Shown here one piece after another: positions 30,804 to 40,677 of a stretch of DNA of 59,481 nt (position 1 is the first letter of the stretch; each line of letters starts with the position of its first letter). The stretch comes from Clostridiales bacterium (GTDB lineage Bacteria; Bacillota; Clostridia; Christensenellales; QALW01), in contig JAHAAN010000014.1 of the NCBI GenBank assembly GCA_018376855.1, positions 1 through 59,481 of the forward strand, given 5' to 3'. A program made the translations under genes and the position numbers. The notes beneath the pieces are model-generated. The model was not told the DNA's origin, made no database searches, and worked only from the letters and a program-made list of their open reading frames with translations.

Positions 30804-32156
30804 TTACTGTAAAACGATTGTAAATTCATTAGCGCTGCCCTTTTTAAGCTCAATTTCTTTTGTTGCGGTTTCCCTCCCGGAAGTAACGGCGACATCGTAT
30901 TTACCGTAAAAACCTCGCAATGAGCAATTTCCATTGCTTGTTCTCAGCGTCTCTTCCGTATGCCATTCCTCTCGGAACAAATTTTTGATTGTTTCATATG
31001 CAGGCTTAGGCGTTAGATCGAAACGCAACAGTCCGCCATGATGATAGTTTTGCCCCGCGCTCATGTCGCCCTGCTCCGCGCAGCACGCATAACCGTCCAC
31101 CAAGTTCCAGTAAATGATCTGCTCAACCGCGGGATGAGAAAACCAAATATGATAAAGCTTATCGATGATTTCCGCCTGAATTTCTTCATCCTCTTTTTCC
31201 CACGAATAGGAAGGAATCGTGATCTCGCTGATCTGCAAGGGCTTGCCTAACCCGGCATATGCATCCATCGTCTCAAAAAGATTGGCAGGGTCATAATAGC
31301 GCACAGCAGCGTTATATTCATCCTCCCTGTTATAGAGCATATGAAACTGCATACCGACAGCGTCAATACGCGTTCCCTTTAACAGCGCATTTTCAATCAT
31401 CAGATAATAACGGGAACGGGTCTTATAAGCCTCGCCCCATATATTTCCCCACTCGTTGATAGCAATTTCATTGTTCGGAAAATAGCGCGCCGCCATATCA
31501 TAGCTCCAGCGAATCATATCAGGATCACTGTAAAAAGCAGTCTTACCCTCGCCAAGCCCCCATTCGTGTTCGTTTGTTACTTCAATGCACGGAATCCGTT
31601 CGGCATAACGCTCGGAAATCTCTGCATATCTGCGTTCCAGCTCCCGCTTAACAGTTGCACTGTCCGCACCGTACAGCCATTCCGGAAAAGTCCGTTCATA
31701 GGCAAGCGCATGCTCACGCGGCTCGATCCCATGCTCAGCGCAGTATTCCATGCATGCCTCTGCCGGAGGGCGGCGATACATATAAGGGCTGTCCTTATCA
31801 TATCTCATAACGCCCTTTTCCGGCTCGGTCGCACTCCAGTAAAACGGCAGCGTCGCTATATTAAAGGCATCGGCAAAATATTCACGATACGCCTGATTCT
31901 TTTCCTTACTGCCAAGATCGTCGAGCATAAACAGATTTGCGCCGTGCTTAAACGCATGGTTCTTCTGCGTAACCTTTATCTCCGCTTCAACAGCGGCTCC
32001 GTCCTTACCGCGAACATTTATCTTCGCATCGCCTTTTCGGTATGCCTCGATATCATGAGCCACGCGTGCATTTGTTTTTGCACTCTGTTCCTCAAACTTC
32101 TCTAATACCGCTCTTCTGTTCACGCTCAAATAACTCCTTTCCAACTTCTGTTCCAT
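30804..32156 (-). CDS. GH10-like (clan GH-A) glycoside hydrolase, putative endo-1,4-beta-xylanase, no signal peptide
   Basis: Candidate acid/base motif IEVTNEHEW and nucleophile motif LQISEITIP. I took the start at ATG 32156 so that it does not overlap citrate synthase; the listed ORF extends to 32330. Confidence 0.6.
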   Translation of the reverse strand: MEQKLERSYLSVNRRAVLEKFEEQSAKTNARVAHDIEAYRKGDAKINVRGKDGAAVEAEIKVTQKNHAFKHGANLFMLDDLGSKEKNQAYREYFADAFNIATLPFYWSATEPEKGVMRYDKDSPYMYRRPPAEACMEYCAEHGIEPREHALAYERTFPEWLYGADSATVKRELERRYAEISERYAERIPCIEVTNEHEWGLGEGKTAFYSDPDMIRWSYDMAARYFPNNEIAINEWGNIWGEAYKTRSRYYLMIENALLKGTRIDAVGMQFHMLYNREDEYNAAVRYYDPANLFETMDAYAGLGKPLQISEITIPSYSWEKEDEEIQAEIIDKLYHIWFSHPAVEQIIYWNLVDGYACCAEQGDMSAGQNYHHGGLLRFDLTPKPAYETIKNLFREEWHTEETLRTSNGNCSLRGFYGKYDVAVTSGRETATKEIELKKGSANEFTIVLQ

Positions 32157-32199
32157 TTGCTTATACAGCCAGCATAAACCAGCTGTTGTCACCGGCTCT

Positions 32200-33555
32200 C
32201 TACCGATTTTCCAGTTCCTCGTAATGCTCAATCCCCTGCACGCTTTGATACGCCGGACGAATGATCTTCGCCTGATTGATAAGCTCTTCAATTCGATGCG
32301 CCGACCACCCAACAACACGCGCAATCGCAAAGATCGGCGTAAACAGCTCCTGCGGAATATTCAGCATACGGTAAACTAAGCCGCTGTAAAAATCCACATT
32401 TGCACTGACGCCTTTATAGATCTTACGTTCCTGTGCAATAATTTTCGGCGCAAGCTCCTCCACCATAGAATAAAGCCGGAATTCCTTTTCGAAATGCTTT
32501 TCATTCGCCAGCTTCTGCACAAACCCTTTAAACACACGCGCTCTCGGATCCGAAATCGAATAGACGGCATGCCCCATTCCATAAATCAAGCCGCTTTTGT
32601 CAAACGCCTCTTTATGCAGCAGCTTTTTTAAATATTCGGCAACCTGTTCTTCATCATCCGTATCCGACACATTCGCCTTCAAATCGTCAAACATCTGCAC
32701 TACCTTGATATTAGCGCCTCCGTGCCGCGGCCCTTTCAGTGAGCTAAGCGCCGAAGCCATTACCGCATATGTATCCGAACCCGAAGATGACACCACATGC
32801 GTAGTAAAACTGGAATTATTGCCGCCGCCGTGCTCCATATGCAGCACAAGCGCCAAATCTAAAATCTGTGCCTCCAACGGCGAGTACTGCTGATCCGGCC
32901 TAAGCATCTGCAAAATATTTTCTGCCGGCGAAAGCTCCGGCCGCGGGTAATGAATAAAAAAGCTCTGCCCGCATTCGTAGTGATTGTATGCATGATAGCC
33001 GTATACCGCCAGCATAGGAAACACGCTGATAAGCATCAAGCACTGCCGTAGGACGTTCGCGACTGAAATATCATCATAATGCTCATCATAAGAAGCCAGC
33101 GTAAGCACGCTTCTGGAAAGACTGTTCATCATATCCTTGCTCGGAGCCTTCATCACAACATCACGCACAAAATTTGTGGGAAGCGTCATGCCCTTGCCAA
33201 GAAGCTCTTCAAACCTTTTCAGTTCTTCAACATCGGGCAGCGCGCCGAACAGCAGCAGATATGCAACCTCCGCGAATCCGAAACGGCTAGTATGGATAAA
33301 GCCCTTGCACAGCTCTTCCACATCGTAACCGCGGTAATACAGCTTTCCCTCACACGGAACTCTTTGGCCGTCCACAACCTCAGAGGACTTGATCGTAGAA
33401 ATTTTCGTAAGCCCCGCAACCACGCCGGCGCCTGTTTCATCCCGAAGGCCGCGCTTTACGTTATAGATCTTATACAGCTCCGCCTCTATTTTCCCATCGC
33501 GCTCGCAAAGCTCTGCCAATCTGCGTATTTCACCTGATCTTCTATAATCCTCCAT
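32200..33555 (-). CDS. Citrate synthase (citrate/2-methylcitrate synthase family)
   Basis: Family motifs LHMEHGGGNNSSFT, GPRHGGAN and GMGHAVY. ATG 33555 is preceded by AAGGGAAGG. Confidence 0.85.
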   Translation of the reverse strand: MEDYRRSGEIRRLAELCERDGKIEAELYKIYNVKRGLRDETGAGVVAGLTKISTIKSSEVVDGQRVPCEGKLYYRGYDVEELCKGFIHTSRFGFAEVAYLLLFGALPDVEELKRFEELLGKGMTLPTNFVRDVVMKAPSKDMMNSLSRSVLTLASYDEHYDDISVANVLRQCLMLISVFPMLAVYGYHAYNHYECGQSFFIHYPRPELSPAENILQMLRPDQQYSPLEAQILDLALVLHMEHGGGNNSSFTTHVVSSSGSDTYAVMASALSSLKGPRHGGANIKVVQMFDDLKANVSDTDDEEQVAEYLKKLLHKEAFDKSGLIYGMGHAVYSISDPRARVFKGFVQKLANEKHFEKEFRLYSMVEELAPKIIAQERKIYKGVSANVDFYSGLVYRMLNIPQELFTPIFAIARVVGWSAHRIEELINQAKIIRPAYQSVQGIEHYEELENR

Positions 33556-33846
33556 TGCATCGCCGCCTTCCCTTTTAATCGCCCCCGCTACCTTTTTTGA
33601 TACAGGATTCACTCTTATTTAGGCATTATATCATAAAATCAGCCTTTTATCAAGGCACGCCCATCCATAAACCCCTCAGCATTCATGAACGAACCGTGAA
33701 TTCGTGCGCAAATTACGCGATAGCCGCCGTTGCGCATACCCATTTAGAAACGTCCTGCAATGAATAAACATAAAACCCCACAGACTTTAACAAAATCCGT
33801 GAGGTTTCCGGTTCATAATAAATCTTCAATTTTTGCTTTCTTGGCT

Positions 33847-34506
33847 TTATGCCTTTTTAACGGAATCCGCCATCGCCCGCAGCACGGCAAACGTGCTTTC
33901 ACTCTCCGTAACAAAAGTATTGCCGTATAAAATACCGCCTTCAACAGGAACGCCCTGTGTAATGCAATAGGTCTTAACGCCTTCTTCCTCTGCCTGATAA
34001 ACCACCTGAGCGATCTCGTAGCCCCTGCCGCTGAGCACCTCGGAAGAAATCACCTCTACGCCGACTGTCTTAAACTGTTCTTCCAGCTGCGCCAGATAAT
34101 CGCTTGCAGCGATCTCCACACCCAGCTCCATTTTCATAACCATGACCATCGTTGTCGCATCGTCCGAATCCGTATCGGAAGCAGCCAGCGGCATTGCTTC
34201 ATTCATATTAAGAAAATAATACCATCCGTCCGGTATCGTTACCGAAATTTCTCCAAGCGTTAACTCCGTATCGCCGTTTGCTTTTACCGGCTTCTGGTCA
34301 TCTCCGGGAGCCTGTGTTGCCTCTTGTGTCGGCGCTGCTGTAGAATCTTCAGTAGGCGCCGCATCTGACGTCTGAGAAGGCTGTTCCGTTATTTCAATGG
34401 TTGCAGACGGAGAAGCCGTCGGATTTTTCCCCGTATCGCCGCAAGCACACAGCGCTAAAGCAAACATTACCACAAGCATAATTCCCAATATTTTTTTCTT
34501 CATCAT
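33847..34506 (-). CDS. Lipoprotein of unknown function
   Basis: Signal peptide and lipobox MMKKKILGIMLVVMFALALCACGD, followed by a low-complexity T/S/P/A/E linker. Confidence 0.7.
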   Translation of the reverse strand: MMKKKILGIMLVVMFALALCACGDTGKNPTASPSATIEITEQPSQTSDAAPTEDSTAAPTQEATQAPGDDQKPVKANGDTELTLGEISVTIPDGWYYFLNMNEAMPLAASDTDSDDATTMVMVMKMELGVEIAASDYLAQLEEQFKTVGVEVISSEVLSGRGYEIAQVVYQAEEEGVKTYCITQGVPVEGGILYGNTFVTESESTFAVLRAMADSVKKA

Positions 34507-34613
34507 TTTCCTTCCTCTCTGTAACCCTCTTTGTTACCTAAGGAAGTATATCACAAAAACCATATTTTATCAACGAAAACCTATAAGTCATTTCTGAATC
34601 TACTCATCTTCGC

Positions 34614-34958
34614 TTATATAGCTAACATTTTATTCTTCAAATTCTCCTCTAATATATCCGTCAGTTCATTATTATTCTTAAAAAAGATCTTGCAGTAGTC
34701 GTTATCTTTTAATGTCAGCGTATAAACAAGCTTCCCTGTCCAGCTTTGACCTACTGTTAACGATTCAACATCTGATATATTAATGCGAAATCTTTCTTTA
34801 TCAGGTACTATTGCCTGCCAAAGAACACCAAATACATATCCAATCCATTCTCGTTTAGTAAAAAAGATCAATTGGTCATTTTCATAAACAATCCTTGCCG
34901 CTACCCCTGCGCATAATCCGCCGTATACCGGTGTTGAAATTCTTGCCCTGACTTCCAT
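34614..34958 (-). CDS. Small hypothetical protein (about 114 aa), AT-rich gene
   Basis: ATG 34958 is preceded by GGAGGA. GC content is clearly lower than in the neighbours. Possibly a bacterial PH-like fold, which is a weak guess. Confidence 0.55.
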   Translation of the reverse strand: MEVRARISTPVYGGLCAGVAARIVYENDQLIFFTKREWIGYVFGVLWQAIVPDKERFRINISDVESLTVGQSWTGKLVYTLTLKDNDYCKIFFKNNNELTDILEENLKNKMLAI

Positions 34959-34971
34959 AAAAATTCCTCCG

Positions 34972-35146
34972 CTAAAAATAAAAAGTGTGCGCAACCGAGA
35001 TCACGCACACCGAAAAATGCACGGCCTCCGTTTGCTACCACACAAAACCTTTCAACATTTACACCAGAAATGCGAAAAAGAGAAGCCAGCATTTTTACCT
35101 AATTAAAATGCCACTCCCAGTGTAAATTATTCGGTTTTGTGTGGTA
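34972..35146 (-). promoter_or_regulatory. Candidate cis-regulatory leader: P1-closed structured domain plus intrinsic terminator
   Basis: A perfect 14-nt inverted repeat (35133-35146 and 35036-35049) encloses about 83 nt with internal hairpins (UUUACAC/GUGUAAA, GCAUUUU/AAAAUGC). Then comes the hairpin GUGUGCGU/GCGCACAC followed by UUUUUAUUUUU (35010-34972), then the RBS and ATG. Confidence 0.45.
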
Positions 35147-35151
35147 TATTT

Positions 35152-35179
35152 ATTTTAACAGAAATTATTGTTTTGTCAA
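35152..35179 (-). promoter_or_regulatory. Candidate sigma-A promoter for the structured leader
   Basis: On the minus strand: TTGACA (35179-35174), 16-nt spacer, TAAAAT (35157-35152). Confidence 0.5.
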
Positions 35180-35206
35180 TATTCTTTCACGCACTAAGTA
35201 CAAAAA

Positions 35207-35237
35207 CAAAAAAGACTTCTAAAAAGAAGTCTTTTTA
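35207..35237. terminator. Bidirectional terminator after prsA
   Basis: Hairpin agacttct / agaagtct flanked by an A-run and a T-run. Confidence 0.6.
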
Positions 35238-35278
35238 AGTAAAACAAGCCGCTTATAACCTCGCTTTAATCAATCAAA

Positions 35279-36679
35279 TCAGAAGTTATAATCAAAATCC
35301 TTCAGCCAGCCCTTATCCGTTTCGATTTTAGCCGCCTTATACCACTCTTCCTGTAAGGACGTCCATTTTTCGGATTTCTGTGTTTCTGTCAGCCCCTCAA
35401 CGATTTCGCTGCGAACCTCTTCTAAATCCAGCTCACCGGATTTAAGATCTCTGATCTTTCGGATGATATGATAACCGTAATCCGTCGCTACCAAACCGCT
35501 GATCTCACCATCCTCCTTCAACGCCAAAGCGCCGTCGTGGAACGGTACCATCAAGCCGTCCTCATTTCCCACCAAATAGCCTTCCTTCGCATCCTCTTCG
35601 GTGGCCATGCCGGTATCCTGCGATTTCTCCAGCATGATCTCAATAAATTTGCTTTCATCCACGCCCTGAACGGAAGCCAAAACCTCTTCTGCTTCCGTTT
35701 GGATAGAATCCTGCGCATTCTTCAACGCTTCGTCATAAGCAGCCTTCTTCTCTTCCAGCGTTTTTTCCGCATCTTCTATTTCTTTCTTTTTCGCATCAAT
35801 CTTTTCCTGATCCGGAGACTCTTCTTTCTCCAGCTCCTCAAGCTCTTCCTTCAGATCCTCTACTTCCGTTTTTGCGGTGCTATATTCCTTAGAAGTATTG
35901 GTAACCTTTTCACCCAATTCCGTATTGTACTTAATCAGGATATGCTGTACCAAGATATAACCGTCCAGATTCACCACCATAACGTCGCTGTGCTTATTGT
36001 AAGCCGTTACAAAAGCGTTATAATCCTTCTCAGCGCCGTAATCCTCATTTTGGGATTTCTTCAGCTCGGAATACTTTGTGTAAATATCGGCCTCCAAAGG
36101 AGTAACGTCCTTAAGCTGATCCTTTTTAAAGTTATCCAGCGCGTCGCTCTCCAGCTGGCTCTGCACGCGGCTGTCAACCGTCTCGCCGTCTTTCTCCATT
36201 TTGCTTTCATAGGCTTCGCGGGCAATGCCGATGAAATAATCCAAATCCTTTGCGCCTTCCTGACCCTTTACAGCGTCGTACATTTCCTGCGCATTTTTCT
36301 TAACTTCTTCTTCAATAGCGTCCTCTACCTTCTTTTTTGCCTCAGCCTTCTGCTCGTCGGTAAAGTTATAGAAGCCGCCGTCCTTAGCCTTCTGCTCCCA
36401 AATCTTTGCATTGACCACGGTGTTGAGCACATTGTTCATCAGCTCTCTGAGCTGCTTCTGCCCCGAAGTCGTGGTGGGATCCACTTGATAATATTGAATG
36501 TACATATCCCGATAGTACTCGTAAAGCGGGCTCCATTCCTTGCGCAGAATCTCCTCCCCGTTTACTTTGGTAAGCACTTTATTGCCCAGCGTTTCTTCGT
36601 CGATCTCCGTCATATTGCATCCGGAAAACATACTGATCGCCAAAATCAGCGCCATAATGATCACGATTGCTTTTTTCAT
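35279..36679 (-). CDS. prsA: Peptidyl-prolyl isomerase lipoprotein (PrsA/SurA-like, parvulin domain)
   Basis: Lipobox MKKAIVIIMALILAISMFSGCN. Parvulin signature near the C-terminus (VATDYGYHIIRK). Confidence 0.8.
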   Translation of the reverse strand: MKKAIVIIMALILAISMFSGCNMTEIDEETLGNKVLTKVNGEEILRKEWSPLYEYYRDMYIQYYQVDPTTTSGQKQLRELMNNVLNTVVNAKIWEQKAKDGGFYNFTDEQKAEAKKKVEDAIEEEVKKNAQEMYDAVKGQEGAKDLDYFIGIAREAYESKMEKDGETVDSRVQSQLESDALDNFKKDQLKDVTPLEADIYTKYSELKKSQNEDYGAEKDYNAFVTAYNKHSDVMVVNLDGYILVQHILIKYNTELGEKVTNTSKEYSTAKTEVEDLKEELEELEKEESPDQEKIDAKKKEIEDAEKTLEEKKAAYDEALKNAQDSIQTEAEEVLASVQGVDESKFIEIMLEKSQDTGMATEEDAKEGYLVGNEDGLMVPFHDGALALKEDGEISGLVATDYGYHIIRKIRDLKSGELDLEEVRSEIVEGLTETQKSEKWTSLQEEWYKAAKIETDKGWLKDFDYNF

Positions 36680-36767
36680 TATTTTCTTCCTTTCGTTTGC
36701 AGATACATCTTTATTATATACTGTCGTATTGTTTTTTTCAACTGAAATTTTCGTGAAAAACCGTTTT

Positions 36768-39700
36768 TTACGATTTATTCACGAAATTTTCCAACGTTCG
36801 GCACGCAAAATCCAGCATTGCAGCCGACGACATTCCCTTTGTCTTTAAAATCAACCCAATCTGCTTACCCGCCGAAAGAGACAGCCCGCGCTTTGACTGC
36901 CCGATAAGCGCCGTAAGCGCCGCAAAATCCGGCTGCGCGTTTTCCGCAAACAAAAAGATCATTTCATTTTCAGTTTGACGAATCTGCACAATGCCGCACC
37001 TTCCCGCCAGCGCCCGCAGATAAGCGATCGTAAGCAGATGCATTACCTGCGGCGGCGGATCCCCGTAACGGTCGATCAGCTCTGCCAATAAGTCCTCCAT
37101 TTCCTCCTTGGTTTCAATCGCGGCAATGCGCTTATAGGCATTGAGCTTCTGCACCTGATTGGCAATATATTTTTCGTCGATATACGCTTCGATCCTCAGC
37201 TCCGCCTGTGTTTCCGGATACACATTTTCCGCCGTTCCCTGCGCTTCGGCTACGGTCTCCTTAATGAGCTTACAGTACAGCTCATAGCCGATCTGCGCCA
37301 TATGCCCGTGCTGCTCGCCGCCCAATAGATTCCCGGCGCCGCGGATCTCCAAATCGCGCATAGCGATCTTGAAGCCCGAGCCGAATTCCGTAAACTCCCG
37401 AATCGCCTCCAGCCTTTTCTGCGCCGTTTCTGTAAGCACCTTATCGCGGCGAAACGTAAAATACGCATACGCCAAACGGTTAGAGCGGCCCACGCGCCCA
37501 CGAAGCTGATAAAGCTGCGCCAATCCGAAATGATCCGCATCATAAACAATCATCGTGTTGACCCGCGGAATATCCAGCCCGCTTTCAATAATCGTGGTGC
37601 ACAAAAGCACATCATATTCGCCATTGTAAAAGGCCAGCATGATTTTCTCCAGCTCGCCCTGCGCCATTTGCCCGTGCCCCACGGCAATCCGTGCCTGCGG
37701 CACAAGCTCGCCGAGCTTAGCGGCAAAGGAATCGATCCCCATGACCTGATTAAAAACAAAATACACCTGCCCGCCGCGCCCCAGCTCGCGCAGAATTGCA
37801 TCACGCACCATAAGCGTATTATATTCCACCACATACGTCTGCACCGGGTAGCGTTCCTGCGGCGGATTTTCAATGACGGACATATCCCTTACGCCGATGA
37901 GCGACATATGCAGTGTGCGCGGAATGGGCGTGGCCGAAAGCGTCAGCACGTCCACGCTCTGCTTGAGCTGCTTTAACCGCTCCTTATGCACCACGCCGAA
38001 CCGCTGCTCCTCGTCGATAATCAGTAATCCCAAATCCTTGAAGACAACGTCCTTGGCAAGCAGCGCATGCGTGCCCACCAAAATATCCAGCGTGCCCGCC
38101 TTGAGCTCCTGCTTGATTCTTTTTGCGTCGGCGGCAGTTTTAAAACGGCTGAGCACCTCCACGCGCACGCTGTACTGCGCAACCCTTGCCGCGATCGTAT
38201 TATAGTGCTGCTGGGCAAGGATCGTGGTCGGTGCAAGCAGCGCCACCTGCTTTCCATCCATCACCGCCTTGAACGCAGCGCGCAGCGCAACCTCCGTTTT
38301 TCCGTATCCCACATCGCCGCACAGCAAGCGATCCATCACGCGCGGGCGTTCCATGTCCGCCTTGATCTCGTCAATACAGGTAAGCTGATCCGGCGTTTCC
38401 TCATAGGGAAAATCATCCTCAAACTGCCGCTGCCACGGCGTATCCGCCCCAAACGCATAGCCCTGCACCGTCTCGCGCTGTCGATAAAGCGCAGTCAGCT
38501 CCTCCGTCATGTCGCGGATGGATTTCTTAACGCGCGCCTTGGTGTTCTGCCATTCGCGGCTCCCCAAACGGTTTACCTTCGGCGTATGCTCCTCGCCCCC
38601 GCCGATATATTTCTGCACAACGTCCAGCTGCTCAACGGGAACATAAAGCTTATCTTCGCCCTGATAGGCAATGCAGATAAAATCCCGATTGATGCCGTCC
38701 GTCTGAATCTTGACAATTCCCTGATAGATCCCGATGCCGTTGGTCTCATGCACCACATAGTCGCCCACAGAAAGATCCACGAAGCTGTCGATCGCCGCAC
38801 CCTTTTTCACGCGGGCGCGGCGCACCTTTTTCTTCTGCACGCCGGTAAAGATATCCTGCTCCGTAATCAGCGCAAAACGGATCTCCGTGTATTCAAAGCC
38901 GCGCGTCAGCCGATGCGGCGTAATATAAACGCCTCCTGCCGGGACCTCCAGATCAACACGCTCCACTACTTCCGCCGGAACGCCCAGCACCTCTAGATCC
39001 GCGCAAAGCCGCCGCGCGCGGGACGCTCCGCCCGCCGCGATCACGGTTCTGAAGCCGCGCAGGCGCAAAGCCGTCAACTCCTGTGCAAGCAGCTCGCATT
39101 TATTCTGGAACGACTGCATCGACCGCGCCGCAAACGTGGCGACAAAGCGCGGCGAAATATCGCCCGAGGTAGCCGTAATGCTCTGCATGGCCAACAGCTC
39201 CCTCGCCTTCAGCTCCTGCAACAGCTCCTCATAGCTCTTTAACAGCACTGCCTGCGTCGGCAGCGCACGCCCCTTTTCCAGCAGATCCTTAAAGATCTCC
39301 TGAAACTCCAGATGCAGATTTTCCGCCCGTTCCCGCAGTCTCCGCGGCTCGTCTGCCACCACAACGCAGTCCTCCGGCAAAAAATCCAGCACGCTTCCGC
39401 CTTCAAAAAACGGAAACAGACTGTCGTCCGCCGCAGAGGAATCCCCCGCACTGAGCGCTTCCGCCGCCGCTTCAAACAGATTTCCCGCTTGTTCGCCCGC
39501 CTCCGGCCGCGCCTTCTTCAAAAAGGTATGAAGCGCGCTCTGCAGCTTGGCTCCGGCGTCCCTGCACTGTTTCTTATCAGGACACAGCTCCCGCGCAGGC
39601 AGCAATTCCAGCCGCTCCAGCCGGCTGACACTTCTTTGCGTAACGGCGTCCAGCAGGCGGATCGAATCGATCTCATCATCAAAAAATTCCACGCGCACAG

Positions 39701-40259
39701 GGTTTTCAAAGCCTACGGGGAAGATATCCACGATTCCGCCGCGCACGGCATATTGCCCCTGCCCCTGCACGGGTTCTTCCTGAATATATCCCATGCGAAC
39801 CAGCAGCTCCGCCAAGCGAACCGGCTCCATATAGCTGCTTAGATCCAGCGTGAGCCTTGCTTGCTTAAGCGCCGCCGGCCGCGCCGTGCTCTGAAGCAAG
39901 GCCTCCACGTCCGCGCAGACAACGGTTTCCCCGTCAAGCAATCTGCACAGCGCCGCCACACGCTGGTAATCCGTTTCCCGCGAACGCATCTGCGCCCCCA
40001 GCAGCGTCTGCCGTGCAGGCAGCACCACTGCCTCTCTTCCCAAATAAACCGCCAAATCGTTTGCAGCCGCTTCGGCACGTTCAGGGCCGTACGTTACATA
40101 GAGTACCGGACGGGACGATGCCAACGCGGCGGCCATATGCGGCTTTTGGCTGTCCGAAACGCCAAAAACCGAGCAGGGCGTTACCCCCTCCCGGATCGCG
40201 TTTGCCAGCCGTTTAAATTCAGCATCCGCCCGAAGCGGCGCAGTAAACAGATCAGCCAT
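36768..40259 (-). CDS. mfd: Transcription-repair coupling factor
   Basis: 1163 aa with the CarD-like region, superfamily-2 helicase motifs (GDVGYGKTEVA, DEEQRFG) and the TRG region. Confidence 0.95.
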   Translation of the reverse strand: MADLFTAPLRADAEFKRLANAIREGVTPCSVFGVSDSQKPHMAAALASSRPVLYVTYGPERAEAAANDLAVYLGREAVVLPARQTLLGAQMRSRETDYQRVAALCRLLDGETVVCADVEALLQSTARPAALKQARLTLDLSSYMEPVRLAELLVRMGYIQEEPVQGQGQYAVRGGIVDIFPVGFENPVRVEFFDDEIDSIRLLDAVTQRSVSRLERLELLPARELCPDKKQCRDAGAKLQSALHTFLKKARPEAGEQAGNLFEAAAEALSAGDSSAADDSLFPFFEGGSVLDFLPEDCVVVADEPRRLRERAENLHLEFQEIFKDLLEKGRALPTQAVLLKSYEELLQELKARELLAMQSITATSGDISPRFVATFAARSMQSFQNKCELLAQELTALRLRGFRTVIAAGGASRARRLCADLEVLGVPAEVVERVDLEVPAGGVYITPHRLTRGFEYTEIRFALITEQDIFTGVQKKKVRRARVKKGAAIDSFVDLSVGDYVVHETNGIGIYQGIVKIQTDGINRDFICIAYQGEDKLYVPVEQLDVVQKYIGGGEEHTPKVNRLGSREWQNTKARVKKSIRDMTEELTALYRQRETVQGYAFGADTPWQRQFEDDFPYEETPDQLTCIDEIKADMERPRVMDRLLCGDVGYGKTEVALRAAFKAVMDGKQVALLAPTTILAQQHYNTIAARVAQYSVRVEVLSRFKTAADAKRIKQELKAGTLDILVGTHALLAKDVVFKDLGLLIIDEEQRFGVVHKERLKQLKQSVDVLTLSATPIPRTLHMSLIGVRDMSVIENPPQERYPVQTYVVEYNTLMVRDAILRELGRGGQVYFVFNQVMGIDSFAAKLGELVPQARIAVGHGQMAQGELEKIMLAFYNGEYDVLLCTTIIESGLDIPRVNTMIVYDADHFGLAQLYQLRGRVGRSNRLAYAYFTFRRDKVLTETAQKRLEAIREFTEFGSGFKIAMRDLEIRGAGNLLGGEQHGHMAQIGYELYCKLIKETVAEAQGTAENVYPETQAELRIEAYIDEKYIANQVQKLNAYKRIAAIETKEEMEDLLAELIDRYGDPPPQVMHLLTIAYLRALAGRCGIVQIRQTENEMIFLFAENAQPDFAALTALIGQSKRGLSLSAGKQIGLILKTKGMSSAAMLDFACRTLENFVNKS

Positions 40260-40666
40260 ATAAAAAATTGTCTCCTTTCTTTACGCGCAAAGCTCTGCGT
40301 GCCAAGCTCCTCCACGATCGAACGCATACCGTTATGCGTGCCGGCGGAACCGTTCGCCCGCACCCGCAGACTTCCCACAGAGAGATCGATGTCATCATAA
40401 ATCACGATGAACGCCTCCGGCGGCAGCTTGTAAAAGTGTGCAAGCTCCGCAAGGCATTTACCCGATGCATTCATAAAAGTTTCCGGCCGCACAAGCAGCA
40501 CCTGCTCCGCCCCGACACGGCACTGCGAAACCTGCCCTTGAAAGCGGCTTTTCCATTCAGGCGCGCCAAGCAGCTCCCGCAGCCATTCCACAGCCAAATA
40601 CCCCGCATTATGCCGCGTGGTTTCATATCGCGCGCCGGGGTTCCCCAGCCCTGCAATCACATACAT
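40181..40666 (-). CDS. pth: Peptidyl-tRNA hydrolase, apparently 3'-truncated and reading through into mfd
   Basis: MYVIAGLGNPGARYETTRHNAGY...GSAGTHNGMRSIVEELGTQSFAR is canonical Pth up to about residue 127. After that it reads KERRQFFIW across the mfd RBS and start. The usual -(R/K)(I/V)G(I/V)G- motif and about 60 C-terminal residues are absent. Confidence 0.75.
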   Translation of the reverse strand: MYVIAGLGNPGARYETTRHNAGYLAVEWLRELLGAPEWKSRFQGQVSQCRVGAEQVLLVRPETFMNASGKCLAELAHFYKLPPEAFIVIYDDIDLSVGSLRVRANGSAGTHNGMRSIVEELGTQSFARKERRQFFIWLICLLRRFGRMLNLNGWQTRSGRG

Positions 40667-40677
40667 AGCATTCTTTC

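Noticed and set aside
32157-32330. N-terminal 58-codon extension of the GH10-like ORF as listed (30804-32330).
   Set aside because: The extension overlaps the 3' end of the citrate synthase gene in another frame and is Arg-rich nonsense (MRLRVLLGGRRIELKS...). The family-like sequence begins at the internal ATG 32156.
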